From a virus: a DNA stretch of 64,000 nt. Position numbers and translations under genes: made by a program. The notes under the pieces are model-generated. The model saw nothing but the letters and a program-made list of their open reading frames with translations, was not told where the DNA came from and did no database searches. Positions 1 to 10,680 of this stretch are shown here, one piece after another. Every line of letters starts with the position of its first letter. The first letter of the stretch is position 1. The stretch spans positions 42,109 to 106,108 of the IMG/VR virus record IMGVR_UViG_3300027804_000050. One strand, given 5' to 3'.

Positions 1-2
1 CT

Positions 3-2321
3 TCGAATGGAACTCTAGAAATCACAAGAAGAGATATAGATGAATTAAGACCTTACGCAACAGGTGGGGATAGAGTTGTAAGAGTTAGACCCGGAAGATA
101 CACTGCTAGAGTCAACGATGTCGGTAATGAACCTCTACAATACTTAGTAAAAATTATAGGTCAAGAATTACAGGATACGGAACTTTATAAGACTTTTACT
201 TTAAATTCAACTAATGATACTTTTAATACTTTAGTTATAAATAGTATTAATAAGTTAAAGCAAACTGTTGCATCCAATGCGCTTCACATGAATGGTTTAG
301 CAGAAAGGGCATTTACTTGGGCAGTTAGAGACATTGATACTCCCAGTGATTATGGTCAACTAGCAACTGATGCTTTAGAATATGCAGGTCTAGGTGGAGT
401 GGGATTGTTAGGACCTTTTGTATATTCACAAGCTCTCCTTTGGTATAAGGATTCAGGTTCAACTGACGGGTTCTATATTCTACCTAATTACCACCCAACA
501 AGCGTTGCCATTGGTTTTGCAAAACTTCCAACATTAGAAAACCATCTAATAAAAAGATGGAGAGGTGTTGCTAGAACAGCTATCGTTGATGTTCCTGAAG
601 AACTCTCCATAGAAATTCCACAATTTAGTCGAGAAGACTTTTTCTATACAGATGAAAATGGAGCTAAACAATATTTAAATGCTACCCATAGAATAGATAT
701 GGTTTTTATCTATTCAAAACCTGTCGATGCATCTGGCGTATCTATACTGCAAAATGGTACGGTGGTTCAAATAACCTCACCTGTTCTTGGAGTTGTCAGA
801 GGTGCAGGAATAGGTATGAATTTTGAGCCAAAGACCTCAACTCAATATCAGCCTCAACCATCTTTAGATGCTCAAGGAAATCCAACAATCCTAGCTAGCG
901 TCGCAGATCAATCAGCAGAAAATATAGGATTCTTACAATCTTCTGGAACTGAGCAAAGCTTTACCGTTAAGGGGTCTTTCCCTGCCCCAGACGATTTGCT
1001 AAATATCGCACCTCTGCTTTCTCAAGATTTAGAAGATAATGCTATAGAATTAATTGGTCAATCAATTCTTCCTGTAGCTTATATTTTCGTTGATGGTGAT
1101 TCCGAAGAAATAGCAGGTACTAGAGTTATTGCCGAGTCCGATGTAATTGACATTAGACCTTTACTAAGAACCACAGAATTAACATACAATGAAAGGGCTG
1201 GACTTGCTGCTGCAATTCCACAAATTTCTTTGGCTAATCCAGTTGTAGGAAAATCTGTTTTAGATAAAGAAATGAAGAGAATGTCTGAATATGTGGCAAA
1301 CAAAATATCCGAAATTCAAACAAATACTCAAACCCAAGATGCTAATAATGGAAAACTTTTAGCCACAGGTTATGTATTTGGTGGATTAAATTATGGAGTA
1401 GAGGGAGCGTTATTCCACTATTACAAGCAAAAATTTGCAAATGATGGAAATGAAACAAATGATTCTGATATTTATATAAGAAATTATATTCAATCTAGAT
1501 ATGGATATGCTAATTTTGACACTGGTGTATTAGATTTCCCTACATATCCTGATTGGGATATTTCTCGTTGGTGTTTAGACGGTAACTTCCAGAATAAAGG
1601 TGTGTTTCCTAATGATAGAATAACCCCTGTTATATCTCACCAGCCTAACCCCGGTTCTATAAACGAGGCAGACCGCTTTGTAAAAGCAGGAAGCTATAGG
1701 GATGCTGTCACCAATGCGGGGCTAACTTTAACTGGTGGAGTTCCCAATAGAGTTAATAATTTTACTAATACAGAAATTTCTCAATCGGGAGGTGGTGATA
1801 ATGAAATGGGTCAACATAAAATAAATTTTATGTATATTTCAAAAAGAATATTGTTTAATCGTCCTTCTTGGATGTTAGATTACCACATAGATGCAGAGTT
1901 AATTAATAGTTTAGGATTAACATACAGAGGCTCAGGATTGAATAATCCAGACGGAGAAGCAGATCAAGCAGCATATACTGGAATTTGGATTGAAAAAGGA
2001 TTTAACGAATTTACTATTTATGTAGGATTCGTGACTATGGATAATTTGCGCGGTAGTGGGGCAACACAAGATTTACTTCCACACAGGAACAGAGATAGCC
2101 AAAGATTTGCATCTTTTATTGTTCCTGTAAGAGATATTTTATACTCTGATGTTAATGCAGATTCTTCATGTGGGGCAGGATTCCTTGGTAATGTTAGGGT
2201 TGGTAAATGCACTTACCCAACAATAAAATGGAAGATGACAGGAGTATCTCAAAATTCTGCTGCATATCATTACGCTAATTTAAACTCTGCTAATCCTTTG
2301 ATTGCTCTCAATGGAGTGTGA
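3..2321 (+). CDS. Large virion structural protein (baseplate/tail region), 5'-truncated
   Basis: The frame of ORF 288..2321 is open back to position 3 (SNGTLEITRRDIDELRPY...). Function inferred only from position upstream of PAAR and head genes. Confidence 0.5.
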   Translation, partial: SNGTLEITRRDIDELRPYATGGDRVVRVRPGRYTARVNDVGNEPLQYLVKIIGQELQDTELYKTFTLNSTNDTFNTLVINSINKLKQTVASNALHMNGLAERAFTWAVRDIDTPSDYGQLATDALEYAGLGGVGLLGPFVYSQALLWYKDSGSTDGFYILPNYHPTSVAIGFAKLPTLENHLIKRWRGVARTAIVDVPEELSIEIPQFSREDFFYTDENGAKQYLNATHRIDMVFIYSKPVDASGVSILQNGTVVQITSPVLGVVRGAGIGMNFEPKTSTQYQPQPSLDAQGNPTILASVADQSAENIGFLQSSGTEQSFTVKGSFPAPDDLLNIAPLLSQDLEDNAIELIGQSILPVAYIFVDGDSEEIAGTRVIAESDVIDIRPLLRTTELTYNERAGLAAAIPQISLANPVVGKSVLDKEMKRMSEYVANKISEIQTNTQTQDANNGKLLATGYVFGGLNYGVEGALFHYYKQKFANDGNETNDSDIYIRNYIQSRYGYANFDTGVLDFPTYPDWDISRWCLDGNFQNKGVFPNDRITPVISHQPNPGSINEADRFVKAGSYRDAVTNAGLTLTGGVPNRVNNFTNTEISQSGGGDNEMGQHKINFMYISKRILFNRPSWMLDYHIDAELINSLGLTYRGSGLNNPDGEADQAAYTGIWIEKGFNEFTIYVGFVTMDNLRGSGATQDLLPHRNRDSQRFASFIVPVRDILYSDVNADSSCGAGFLGNVRVGKCTYPTIKWKMTGVSQNSAAYHYANLNSANPLIALNGV

Positions 2322-2324
2322 TAA

Positions 2325-5300
2325 GTGACTGAAACACCATCTTTTGAGTGTGGTAAATTCTATCCCGGTCAAGGTCCGGGTAACAGGAGAGATTATGAAC
2401 CTCCGGTTACTCCAAAACGACATCCTAGAAGAAGGAGAAGAGATGGCGAACCTTGGGGTCCAAAAGGTCCTATTAGGGATAAACCTCCAACAAGATTAGT
2501 ATTAAGAACCTGCTGGATTTGTAAAGAACGGCCAGCAACAGACCCAGATGGATTTGCTTGCGGTAGAGATGGACTTCCTGCTGCTAATGGTCCATGCAGA
2601 TGCAGATTAAGAACTGATAGATTTTGTGAAAAAAAAGAAACTTGGGTTCCTGATTTGCCCGGAGCAACAAACTGTCCTACTAATCAATTTCAAACAGAAG
2701 CAGCTTGTGCATCAGTTTGTAGAGATGGTGTAGATGTAGTTTGCCCAGAATTTCCTTGTATTTATTATCTGTGCTGCATAAAAGAAGCAAACGAAGAAAG
2801 AGTCCCTTGTCCTGAGTATGGTCCGGGATGTACTTGCCCTAAATTAACTGAAGCAACTTGTGAGATAGATGATGCAGGTACTATTGGATTAAATGAACAG
2901 TGCCCACCTCCTCCAGTTGGGTGTCTCAATGGTGGTATTTTAGTTGCTTGGTCTTTAAATAATACACAAGCATGTAATAGCCCAGAATGTAGAGATAGAC
3001 TAGGACCACCAAGATGTCCAGAACCAGATAGACCTTCTACTGAACCGCAATCCTTTTTCTGCCCACCTAAAACTTGTGTTTATTGTGATATTAGACCTCC
3101 TCAAGGAGATGAGGGATCTTGGAGTCAGTGTGTTCCTCCTAATAATCCTTTATGTAGATGTAGGATAACTCAAGTAAGAGAATGTAAAACGGTTCAACTA
3201 CAAGGAACTAGAAATCCAGTTACGGGAGAATGTGAATATCCTCCAATTACTAATCCTTTTAGTTATGGTTGCGAACCAGAATCTTTAAATGCATGTTTAG
3301 CTGGTTGCAGACCTATTATAGAAGAAGACTGTAACTTCGGAGAGCGTCGAGGACCTTTACCTCCGGGACCCGGGCCATCAACTCCGGGAGGTCCTACTGG
3401 CCCCGGACCATCAACTCCCGGTCCCGGAGAGTCTACGGGAACTTCCCCTATATCTAAAAATTGTAAGTTTTGTATACAAACAATAACAACTGGGTATGAA
3501 CCCTGCGTTGGCCCAAATGGGCAACCAAATTGTAGATGTCAAAAAATTTATAATAGAATTTGTGAAACAAAACAAGTATTTAGAAGACCAAATGGAACAT
3601 TTCCTAACTGCACTACTGTTCAACCAACAGGAACAATAGTTAACTCTCCACCATATTCAAGTTGTGCCCCTATTGACGGGCAACCTTGTACAAATAAGAG
3701 AGGTCCCCCGCAATGTCCTGAGGAACCTAGTAGACTAGGGGAAACAACTGGAACTCCTCTTCCACAATCAGTGACTTGGTATGTTTGTTTAAGAGCTACA
3801 ACAGCTTCTACTGGAGTTGGAGCAGTTTTAGCAGGAGGATGTTTTGCTAGATCATCAGTAAATAGACCCCCTAATGGATATGCAACATTAGTAGAATGTG
3901 AAAATGTATGTTCTAGACCACAAGGTGAACCTACAGGAACAGGGACGGGCGGTGGTCCAGTCCCACTAGTAGAAAGATATTCTTGCAATCAAATAAATGG
4001 AAAGTGTAGAAGAGTTTTTGTTCCACAAAATCAAACAACTGGAACTTATGCTACTTTAGCTGCATGTGAAAGAGAATGTAAACTTAGAGCCGAAGGCTCT
4101 GAAATAGTTAATACTACAAATTTACCTGATCCAATAGGAACTTATTTTAGATGTAATAAAGCTACAGGAAATTGCTCTCCTGTATTTACAACAAAAACAA
4201 CAGCCGATAGGGAAGGTTATTTCTCAGATGTAAATGCCTGTAGATTAAGATGTAGATCAAATACGGCAGAAGCAGATAGATTGTCTAGAACTACTTTAGG
4301 AGGCATTAGCCAAGTTGAAATTGGAGAAGGTAGTAATGGAGGAATTATTTCTGATCCTACTGAATTAAGAACTTATTACAAATGTATCAATGGCACATGT
4401 ATTACAAGCACTGCAACTCCTCAACAAGCAACAAATCCAAACTATCATACTACATTACAAGCATGTTTAAACTATTGTCAAAATAATAAAAATTCAGGGC
4501 CTATTTCTGTAAATAGATTAGGTGAGGGTATTTTAACTGACCCAATTATTTTAGATGATGGTGGGGCAGATGATGGGCCAGTAATAATTGAAAGAACTCC
4601 TCCTTTAGACGACATAGGAGAAACTACTTTGCCTAACGGAGAAAATAATCCGAATAGACCTAAAGTAAATCCTTCTGATGCAAATGTATCTACACGCCCT
4701 TATTATGAATTACCTGAGAATAATGGTGCTGGAACAGTAAATTTAGATCCAGCAGCAGCAGTGTATGTTCCTCCTGTGTTAGATTTTTCTGAAGCAGTTG
4801 TTGTGAACTATAGACAAACCGATTTATTTGCGGAATATATTCATGAAGCAATAAATTATTATTTAGATAAAAACAATACTTCAGAGGATTGGAGATCTTA
4901 TTACTCATCAGATTTAACTATACAAAATATAGAAAGAAGTTTAAAACCCTCTGCAATTAAAATCTTTGAAGCAATCACTGATCAAAAAGGTGATTTAATT
5001 GGAAAAGAATATTTCTTAGAAGTTATTAGAGGAAAATTAATTAATGGAACTATCTCTGATTTTAATCTACCCTACTATAGAAAATTAGCAGAGAAAAGTA
5101 AAAAGAGAGTAGTTAAACCAATTAAGCAACAGGATCAAATTGTTAATACATTGCAAGCATTCGCATATCTTGAAAATAAATTAATTCCTTTGGATCCTGA
5201 CAAAGGCACTGGCAGAACTTCAAAACTCACTCCATTGATAAAAACTTTAGCAACTGATTTGGAAAAATCATTGACGGTAATTGTTAATGATGAGGAAAGA

Positions 5301-6554
5301 AAGTTTTATATCAATGATGATGATATTGTAGTTGGTAGAGCTAATTTAAAAATCTCAGATGGAGATTATATCACGGTTGGAGTTGGAACTGGTCAAAGAA
5401 GAATTTATCTAGACACAGAAAAAGATCATGCATATCTTATTTCAGATTTAGATAAAGAAATAGCTTTAAATTTATTAGGTGGCGATTCTTCAATTAGATT
5501 AACTGCATCAGCAACATTTGCGGTTAATTTGGAATTTAACTATCCATTAACTGGTGCTAGAGAAAATGTTTATTTCTTAAAGTTAAAAACAGAATCTGTA
5601 GTTACAGATAGAGCTACCGAATATATTGATAATACTACAGCAAGATATGATTTATGTTCTATAAATACTCAACAGGATTTAGACGCAATTAATGAATATG
5701 TAAAGTTTAAGGCAAACCATTATCTCTTCCCTGTTCATCCAGATGATGTATTCTTAGATTATGTTGTTTCTTCAGGCCACTTATATTTACAACAACAGGA
5801 TATTAGATTTGATGGGCATGCTAGAAAAACTAATAAAAATATACCGTTATTAGTAAGACAACTTCCTTGGTATATCTTGCTCTTCCCAACAAACAAAGAA
5901 GAAAATAATCCTTTTGATATTCAGTCTGATTTAATAGAATTTGAAAGTGGTGCAAGAACTACAAGAGAATTAATATTTGAAATGAGTATAGACTCTGATG
6001 AGTATGATGCTAATATTACGACAGCTAAGTTTGTTAATATAGGCACTGTTTATCCAGACGAAAATGTTTACGGCGAATATGACTTAGACTCCAGAAAAGT
6101 TATATTCGATCCAAGTAGCACATTCTTCTCGTCTGGATATAAAGAAGAAAAGACTACGCAAAGACCAAGAACGCCGTTAAGAAAGATAAAAGAAATAATT
6201 TCTGAACTAAATAATAATTATGTTCTTGATCGAGGACTAACAACCTTTGATGTTTTCTCTCGTCTTAATTTTACAGACTTTAATAAATTTATATCTAATA
6301 GAACTAATAAAGTTATTTTTGATAAGATAAAAGAGGGCGCGATAGAAAATGTTAAAGTGTATGAAGTTACTAAATACTCTGGGGATGCTTATTTGAATAA
6401 GACTGCGTTACTTAGGAGACGCTCTGCGGCAACAACTGATACTTACCCTCAAATAAGATCATTGAACTCAGGTGAATATATAGAGCCACCCACGCAGACA
6501 GAAGCTCCAAGGATCATAACTTCAACCCCCAAGCAAATAAAGCCATTACAATAA
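2325..6554 (+). CDS. 1409-aa protein with Cys-rich repeat N-half, probable virion protein
   Basis: GTG start; about 61 Cys in the first ~720 aa arranged in two module types; Pro/Gly/Thr linkers; Cys-poor C-half. Confidence 0.6.
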   Translation: MTETPSFECGKFYPGQGPGNRRDYEPPVTPKRHPRRRRRDGEPWGPKGPIRDKPPTRLVLRTCWICKERPATDPDGFACGRDGLPAANGPCRCRLRTDRFCEKKETWVPDLPGATNCPTNQFQTEAACASVCRDGVDVVCPEFPCIYYLCCIKEANEERVPCPEYGPGCTCPKLTEATCEIDDAGTIGLNEQCPPPPVGCLNGGILVAWSLNNTQACNSPECRDRLGPPRCPEPDRPSTEPQSFFCPPKTCVYCDIRPPQGDEGSWSQCVPPNNPLCRCRITQVRECKTVQLQGTRNPVTGECEYPPITNPFSYGCEPESLNACLAGCRPIIEEDCNFGERRGPLPPGPGPSTPGGPTGPGPSTPGPGESTGTSPISKNCKFCIQTITTGYEPCVGPNGQPNCRCQKIYNRICETKQVFRRPNGTFPNCTTVQPTGTIVNSPPYSSCAPIDGQPCTNKRGPPQCPEEPSRLGETTGTPLPQSVTWYVCLRATTASTGVGAVLAGGCFARSSVNRPPNGYATLVECENVCSRPQGEPTGTGTGGGPVPLVERYSCNQINGKCRRVFVPQNQTTGTYATLAACERECKLRAEGSEIVNTTNLPDPIGTYFRCNKATGNCSPVFTTKTTADREGYFSDVNACRLRCRSNTAEADRLSRTTLGGISQVEIGEGSNGGIISDPTELRTYYKCINGTCITSTATPQQATNPNYHTTLQACLNYCQNNKNSGPISVNRLGEGILTDPIILDDGGADDGPVIIERTPPLDDIGETTLPNGENNPNRPKVNPSDANVSTRPYYELPENNGAGTVNLDPAAAVYVPPVLDFSEAVVVNYRQTDLFAEYIHEAINYYLDKNNTSEDWRSYYSSDLTIQNIERSLKPSAIKIFEAITDQKGDLIGKEYFLEVIRGKLINGTISDFNLPYYRKLAEKSKKRVVKPIKQQDQIVNTLQAFAYLENKLIPLDPDKGTGRTSKLTPLIKTLATDLEKSLTVIVNDEERKFYINDDDIVVGRANLKISDGDYITVGVGTGQRRIYLDTEKDHAYLISDLDKEIALNLLGGDSSIRLTASATFAVNLEFNYPLTGARENVYFLKLKTESVVTDRATEYIDNTTARYDLCSINTQQDLDAINEYVKFKANHYLFPVHPDDVFLDYVVSSGHLYLQQQDIRFDGHARKTNKNIPLLVRQLPWYILLFPTNKEENNPFDIQSDLIEFESGARTTRELIFEMSIDSDEYDANITTAKFVNIGTVYPDENVYGEYDLDSRKVIFDPSSTFFSSGYKEEKTTQRPRTPLRKIKEIISELNNNYVLDRGLTTFDVFSRLNFTDFNKFISNRTNKVIFDKIKEGAIENVKVYEVTKYSGDAYLNKTALLRRRSAATTDTYPQIRSLNSGEYIEPPTQTEAPRIITSTPKQIKPLQ

Positions 6555-6555
6555 T

Positions 6556-6855
6556 ATGCCATTTAGTTTAATAGGAAATACAGAAGTTTTAAATTGTGGG
6601 GCTGTTCAAGAGGTTCAATCTCAAGGAACTGTCTTTGTTGCAAATAAGTTAGTTGTGGTTGTAGGAGATTTAACCACCCCACACCCAACAGCTAAATACC
6701 CAGCAGTAATAAAAAACCCAGCAAATACTTCTAAAGTTTTTATTAACAATATACCTATCGTAGTAGAAGAAGATGGTATTCCGGGGCATGGCTCAAGTCC
6801 ACATTCCCCAAGGAATAAATATGTGGATAATGGTCATAATGTAAAAGCATACTAA
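6556..6855 (+). CDS. PAAR-like spike tip protein (T4 gp5.4-like)
   Basis: TVFV.NK.V..VGD..TPH and SKVFINNIPIV...D...GH repeats; 99 aa. Confidence 0.8.
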   Translation: MPFSLIGNTEVLNCGAVQEVQSQGTVFVANKLVVVVGDLTTPHPTAKYPAVIKNPANTSKVFINNIPIVVEEDGIPGHGSSPHSPRNKYVDNGHNVKAY

Positions 6856-6931
6856 AAAAATAAAAAAATATATTATTTGTAATATCTATACTACATAAGT
6901 TAGAGCTTACAATTTTAATTGGAGAAAAGCT

Positions 6932-7477
6932 ATGAAACATGTTAATTTAAATGATGAATTCCGTAACAAGCTCCTTGAGTCAGCCGCTTGGGGTAAGATT
7001 GGCCTAAACATTAACGAAGGCAAGGTTGAAGAGGGCCAAGAAAGCCTTACTGAGGAAACTGACGCTCAAGGTTACGAAATAATTCAAGACCAAGAGGAAG
7101 AGTCTATTGATGAAGGCTCCGCTCATGTTTGCCCACTATGCACCTCGCTATTACCAGAAGCAATAGAAGAGGAAAGAGTTCTAGAGCACTTAGAGATAAT
7201 TGCTAATGTTCTAGATCGCATAACACAGGTAAACGAAAGCGAAGAAGACCTAGAGTCCGTCATAGCTGAATGTGTTCGTGAAGTTCTATTAGAATCGGAT
7301 GACGATATAATAGACGAAGACGAAGACATTTCCGAAGAAGAATATGAGCAAGAAGACTCCGACGACGATGATGTCGTTGAAGAGGAAATGGATAAGGGTT
7401 ATATGTCATCTTCCAAAGCTGGTAAAGGCAAAATGGGCAAGATGATGAAGGGAAAGAAGTCTAAGAAGTCTTGCTGA
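6932..7477 (+). CDS. Acidic hypothetical protein, putative internal head protein
   Basis: GGAG RBS; CPLC motif; acidic tract and basic tail; many L/I-x-E motifs. Confidence 0.55.
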   Translation: MKHVNLNDEFRNKLLESAAWGKIGLNINEGKVEEGQESLTEETDAQGYEIIQDQEEESIDEGSAHVCPLCTSLLPEAIEEERVLEHLEIIANVLDRITQVNESEEDLESVIAECVREVLLESDDDIIDEDEDISEEEYEQEDSDDDDVVEEEMDKGYMSSSKAGKGKMGKMMKGKKSKKSC

Positions 7478-7491
7478 TTTTGATTTGATAA

Positions 7492-7520
7492 AAGCAGTCA
7501 AGTGAAATACCTTGACTGCT
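7492..7520 (+). terminator. Hairpin, possible terminator
   Basis: AGCAGTCAAG...CTTGACTGCT inverted repeat after the stop codon; weak U tract. Confidence 0.5.
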
Positions 7521-7542
7521 ATTCTAACTTTAGGGTCCCGCT

Positions 7543-7977
7543 ATGAAACATTATCATTTAGAAGATATTTATAGAGATTTACTAATAACAAATTCCTATT
7601 GGAAAAAGGCTAATTTAGTTCTTGAATCCGAAGAAATGGAAAAATCAATCCAAGCGGCTGGCGGGGACCCCGAAGCTTACAAAGAAATAAAAGCTAAAAA
7701 ACAAAAAGCCGCTGCAAAACCTAAAGTAAGCCCAAAAGTTATACAAAAAAGATTAGATCAATTATCTACAATGAGAGACGAGGCAGAGGCAGCAGAAGCT
7801 GCTGGAGTTAAAGATCCTTTAGATAGACCTTTAATTAAAAACCCTCATACTAATGCAGATGCTAGAGCAGCATTAGTAGCTCAAGATGAAGCAATGAAAA
7901 AAGCCGCTGCTTCTAGAAGAGCAGGTAATATTAGGAAAGAGATACTAAGCAGAAAAAACCCAAGTAAAAAATCATGA
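7543..7977 (+). CDS. Hypothetical Lys/Ala-rich protein
   Basis: 144-aa ORF coupled to the next gene. Confidence 0.6.
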   Translation: MKHYHLEDIYRDLLITNSYWKKANLVLESEEMEKSIQAAGGDPEAYKEIKAKKQKAAAKPKVSPKVIQKRLDQLSTMRDEAEAAEAAGVKDPLDRPLIKNPHTNADARAALVAQDEAMKKAAASRRAGNIRKEILSRKNPSKKS

Positions 7978-8429
7978 GTACTTTAAAAAATTCTGGGATG
8001 AGCATAGGCTCTTATGCAGAACAGTTGATCATGAATGAAATGACAACTCCTAAGAAGGCTTTGTCATTTGTTAATAAAACTCCTGAAGTTGAAAAACAAT
8101 TAGATATATCTGAAACAGTGGTTCCTGATGAATTCATGAATCAAGTTTTAGGAAAAAAATCAATACCTAAAAAACAGGTTAAGCAAGAGAAAAAAGTTAT
8201 TGTTGAAAATGTTGAACCAAAGCAAACTCTGCTTACAGAAGAAAAGGCTGATGTTCTAATAAATCTTTTAGAGGAAGTTAAAACTCTTCTAGAAATGACT
8301 GGGACTGGATGTTGTGGCTGTAACATGGGAGGATCTATGCAAGTTGCTCCTTCCGGTGGCAAGAAGAAAAAATCTGATACTGTTCTTCTTTTTGCTCAAA
8401 AACTAAAAGGTATAAGGAATAAAAAATGA
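7974..8429 (+). CDS. Hypothetical protein (head cluster)
   Basis: ATGA-coupled 151-aa ORF. Confidence 0.6.
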   Translation: MSTLKNSGMSIGSYAEQLIMNEMTTPKKALSFVNKTPEVEKQLDISETVVPDEFMNQVLGKKSIPKKQVKQEKKVIVENVEPKQTLLTEEKADVLINLLEEVKTLLEMTGTGCCGCNMGGSMQVAPSGGKKKKSDTVLLFAQKLKGIRNKK

Positions 8430-8839
8430 ACTTGGTCGAAATACTAGACTTGTTATTAGAAGCCCGTGGATCTGAATCGGGTCGTTCTTATTATACATCT
8501 AGAGAAGGAACCAAGAAAGAAAAACACTTAGCCACTAAAGCTAAGGTCACAACCTACAACAGTATAAAACAAGCACTAGCCCAAGCTAGGTATGGAGATA
8601 TTTTTAGCACCAAAGCCGCAAATAGGCTCTATGTTGTTTCTAAAGGCAAATGGGGTTCTAAGAGTGGAAGAGGTAAAATAGCTAAAGGTTTTACTCCCGG
8701 AAGTTCAACTCCTAACTCTAGCTTCTCCTCAGTTAAGAAACACGCTGCAAGAACTAAACTGAGATATGGGGATGGTGATAAAAAACTAGCAGCAAAGTAT
8801 GGCAGTAGAAGTTTAAAAAAGAAATTTGGGGTGAAGTAA
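8426..8839 (+). CDS. Basic hypothetical protein, putative internal head protein
   Basis: N-terminal MNLVEILDLLLE leader followed by a Lys/Arg-rich body. Confidence 0.6.
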   Translation: MNLVEILDLLLEARGSESGRSYYTSREGTKKEKHLATKAKVTTYNSIKQALAQARYGDIFSTKAANRLYVVSKGKWGSKSGRGKIAKGFTPGSSTPNSSFSSVKKHAARTKLRYGDGDKKLAAKYGSRSLKKKFGVK

Positions 8840-8840
8840 T

Positions 8841-9932
8841 ATGATTATCACAGATGTGTTTTTAATAGAAAGATTACAAGTTATCAATGAAGGTACAGAA
8901 GGAAAAACCATGAAAGTTCGTGGAGTTTTCCAACGCGCAGAAGAATCTAACAGCAATGGTAGAATCTATCCCCAAAATGTACTGAGCAAGCAATTAGACA
9001 AACTTCAACCATTAATTGAAGGTAGAAGATTGTGTGGCGAGTTGGATCACCCCACTAATGATACCGTAAAGCTATCTAATGCTTCTCACTTGATTACCAA
9101 ACTTGAAATGAAGGGTAATGAAGTTATAGGAGAGGCTGAAATACTTAATACTCCTGCTGGATTAACAGCCCGTGCATTGATAAATGGGGGAGTTAAGATA
9201 GGAATCTCTTCCAGAGGAATGGGAACTTTATCAGAAAGTTCCGATGGAAAAAAGATTGTAAATGAAGATTTTAATCTTATAACATTTGATCTTGTTGCGG
9301 ATCCTTCCACTCGTGGTGCATATCCAGAACTTAGCGAATCAAAAAGATCTAAGTTTATAAATGAATCTAAAACTAAGTTACAAAAAGAATCTAATCTACT
9401 TAAGTTAATAAAAAGAAAACTTGATGAAGCATATAATCAATACAATGATGTAAGAGTTGATGAAAGATTAACTGCCAAGCAAAGTAAGTATTTAGATTAT
9501 GATAAGGATGGATCTCTTGAGTCTTCAGATTTTGCATCTCTTCGTGCTTCAAAAAGATTGAAAAAATTTAGAAAAGGGAAAAACCAATCTAAATTAAAAA
9601 AAAAATTAAAGGAAGCTTACCAAATAGATCCAGAAAGAGTTGATGAGTTAGTCGCGGGACTCGGGCAAACAATAGGTAATATTGCTGGACGAGTTCAAAG
9701 TGCCCCCTCTAGATTTATGAAAAGTTTTAAAAAATCATATAAAGAAGGGTTAAAGGGTAAAAAACTGCCCCCTCCTAAAGTAGACCCCGCTGCTCCAAAA
9801 CCTGAAGGAGGGTTTTTTAAAAGAACATTAGGTGGGTTAATGGGAGGAGCTATGAGAGGTTTTGATAGGAGTTATTCTGGAAAACCAGTATTTGGTACAG
9901 AAGACAAAGAAGAGTCTAAAGAAAAAGTCTAA
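8841..9932 (+). CDS. gp21: Prohead core protease (T4 gp21-like) with C-terminal extension
   Basis: GVFQRAE..N.NGRIYP, GELDHP, SHLI, GISSRGMG and DLVADPS motifs. Confidence 0.93.
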   Translation: MIITDVFLIERLQVINEGTEGKTMKVRGVFQRAEESNSNGRIYPQNVLSKQLDKLQPLIEGRRLCGELDHPTNDTVKLSNASHLITKLEMKGNEVIGEAEILNTPAGLTARALINGGVKIGISSRGMGTLSESSDGKKIVNEDFNLITFDLVADPSTRGAYPELSESKRSKFINESKTKLQKESNLLKLIKRKLDEAYNQYNDVRVDERLTAKQSKYLDYDKDGSLESSDFASLRASKRLKKFRKGKNQSKLKKKLKEAYQIDPERVDELVAGLGQTIGNIAGRVQSAPSRFMKSFKKSYKEGLKGKKLPPPKVDPAAPKPEGGFFKRTLGGLMGGAMRGFDRSYSGKPVFGTEDKEESKEKV

Positions 9933-10025
9933 TTAATATATTAGGTAGGTACTTATACATTTTTTAAAAAAAATTAAAAAATGTATAAATCTATAGTATC
10001 TATTTAAAGCTAGGAGCATTATTCC

Positions 10026-10664
10026 ATGGATAAAAAGTTAACAAACATAGCGCAAGTTCTACCTGAAGGATTAGATGAATCTACGGTAGAAAAAATATTC
10101 ACCTTAGTCGATTCGGTAATAAACGAACAAGTTGAATCAAAAGTTAAGTTATTAGAAGCAAAAGTTAATGCATTCCTAAGAACAAAAATTGATCAACTAA
10201 AAGAGCAAGCACTTGCCGAATTAGTCGAAGAGAATGAAGTTTTCAGAAATGCAAAACTATTTGAATCTGTTAGAACCTTGATGACTCTAGAATTATCACA
10301 AAACGATGAGTCTAGCTTAGTCACAGAAATGAAAGAGCAATCTGATGAATTAGAACAAGAAGTATCGACTCTTAGTGAGCAGATAAACAAACTAATTCTA
10401 GAAAACGAAAAATTGCAAAACACAATCAAGGTTTTATCAAATAAAGTAAACCTTTCCGAGCAAAAGACGAGAAAGCTTGAAAAGGACAGAATGAAATTGG
10501 TCGAAGAAGTAAAGAATCTAGAAGCCTCTGCTGATGAACCTTTTGTATCATCTGAGAAGGCTGTTTTGATTTCTGAATCTGAAAGACCAGTTTCGATTAG
10601 AGAACAGGTCGGTAACCCGTTCTTATCCCCAGAGGCTATGAAATTAATGCCTTTTTCTCGTTGA
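10026..10664 (+). CDS. gp22: Prohead core scaffold protein (gp22-like)
   Basis: Coiled-coil, Glu-rich protein between the protease and major capsid genes. Confidence 0.75.
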   Translation: MDKKLTNIAQVLPEGLDESTVEKIFTLVDSVINEQVESKVKLLEAKVNAFLRTKIDQLKEQALAELVEENEVFRNAKLFESVRTLMTLELSQNDESSLVTEMKEQSDELEQEVSTLSEQINKLILENEKLQNTIKVLSNKVNLSEQKTRKLEKDRMKLVEEVKNLEASADEPFVSSEKAVLISESERPVSIREQVGNPFLSPEAMKLMPFSR

Positions 10665-10680
10665 TTAGGAATTTCTAAAT

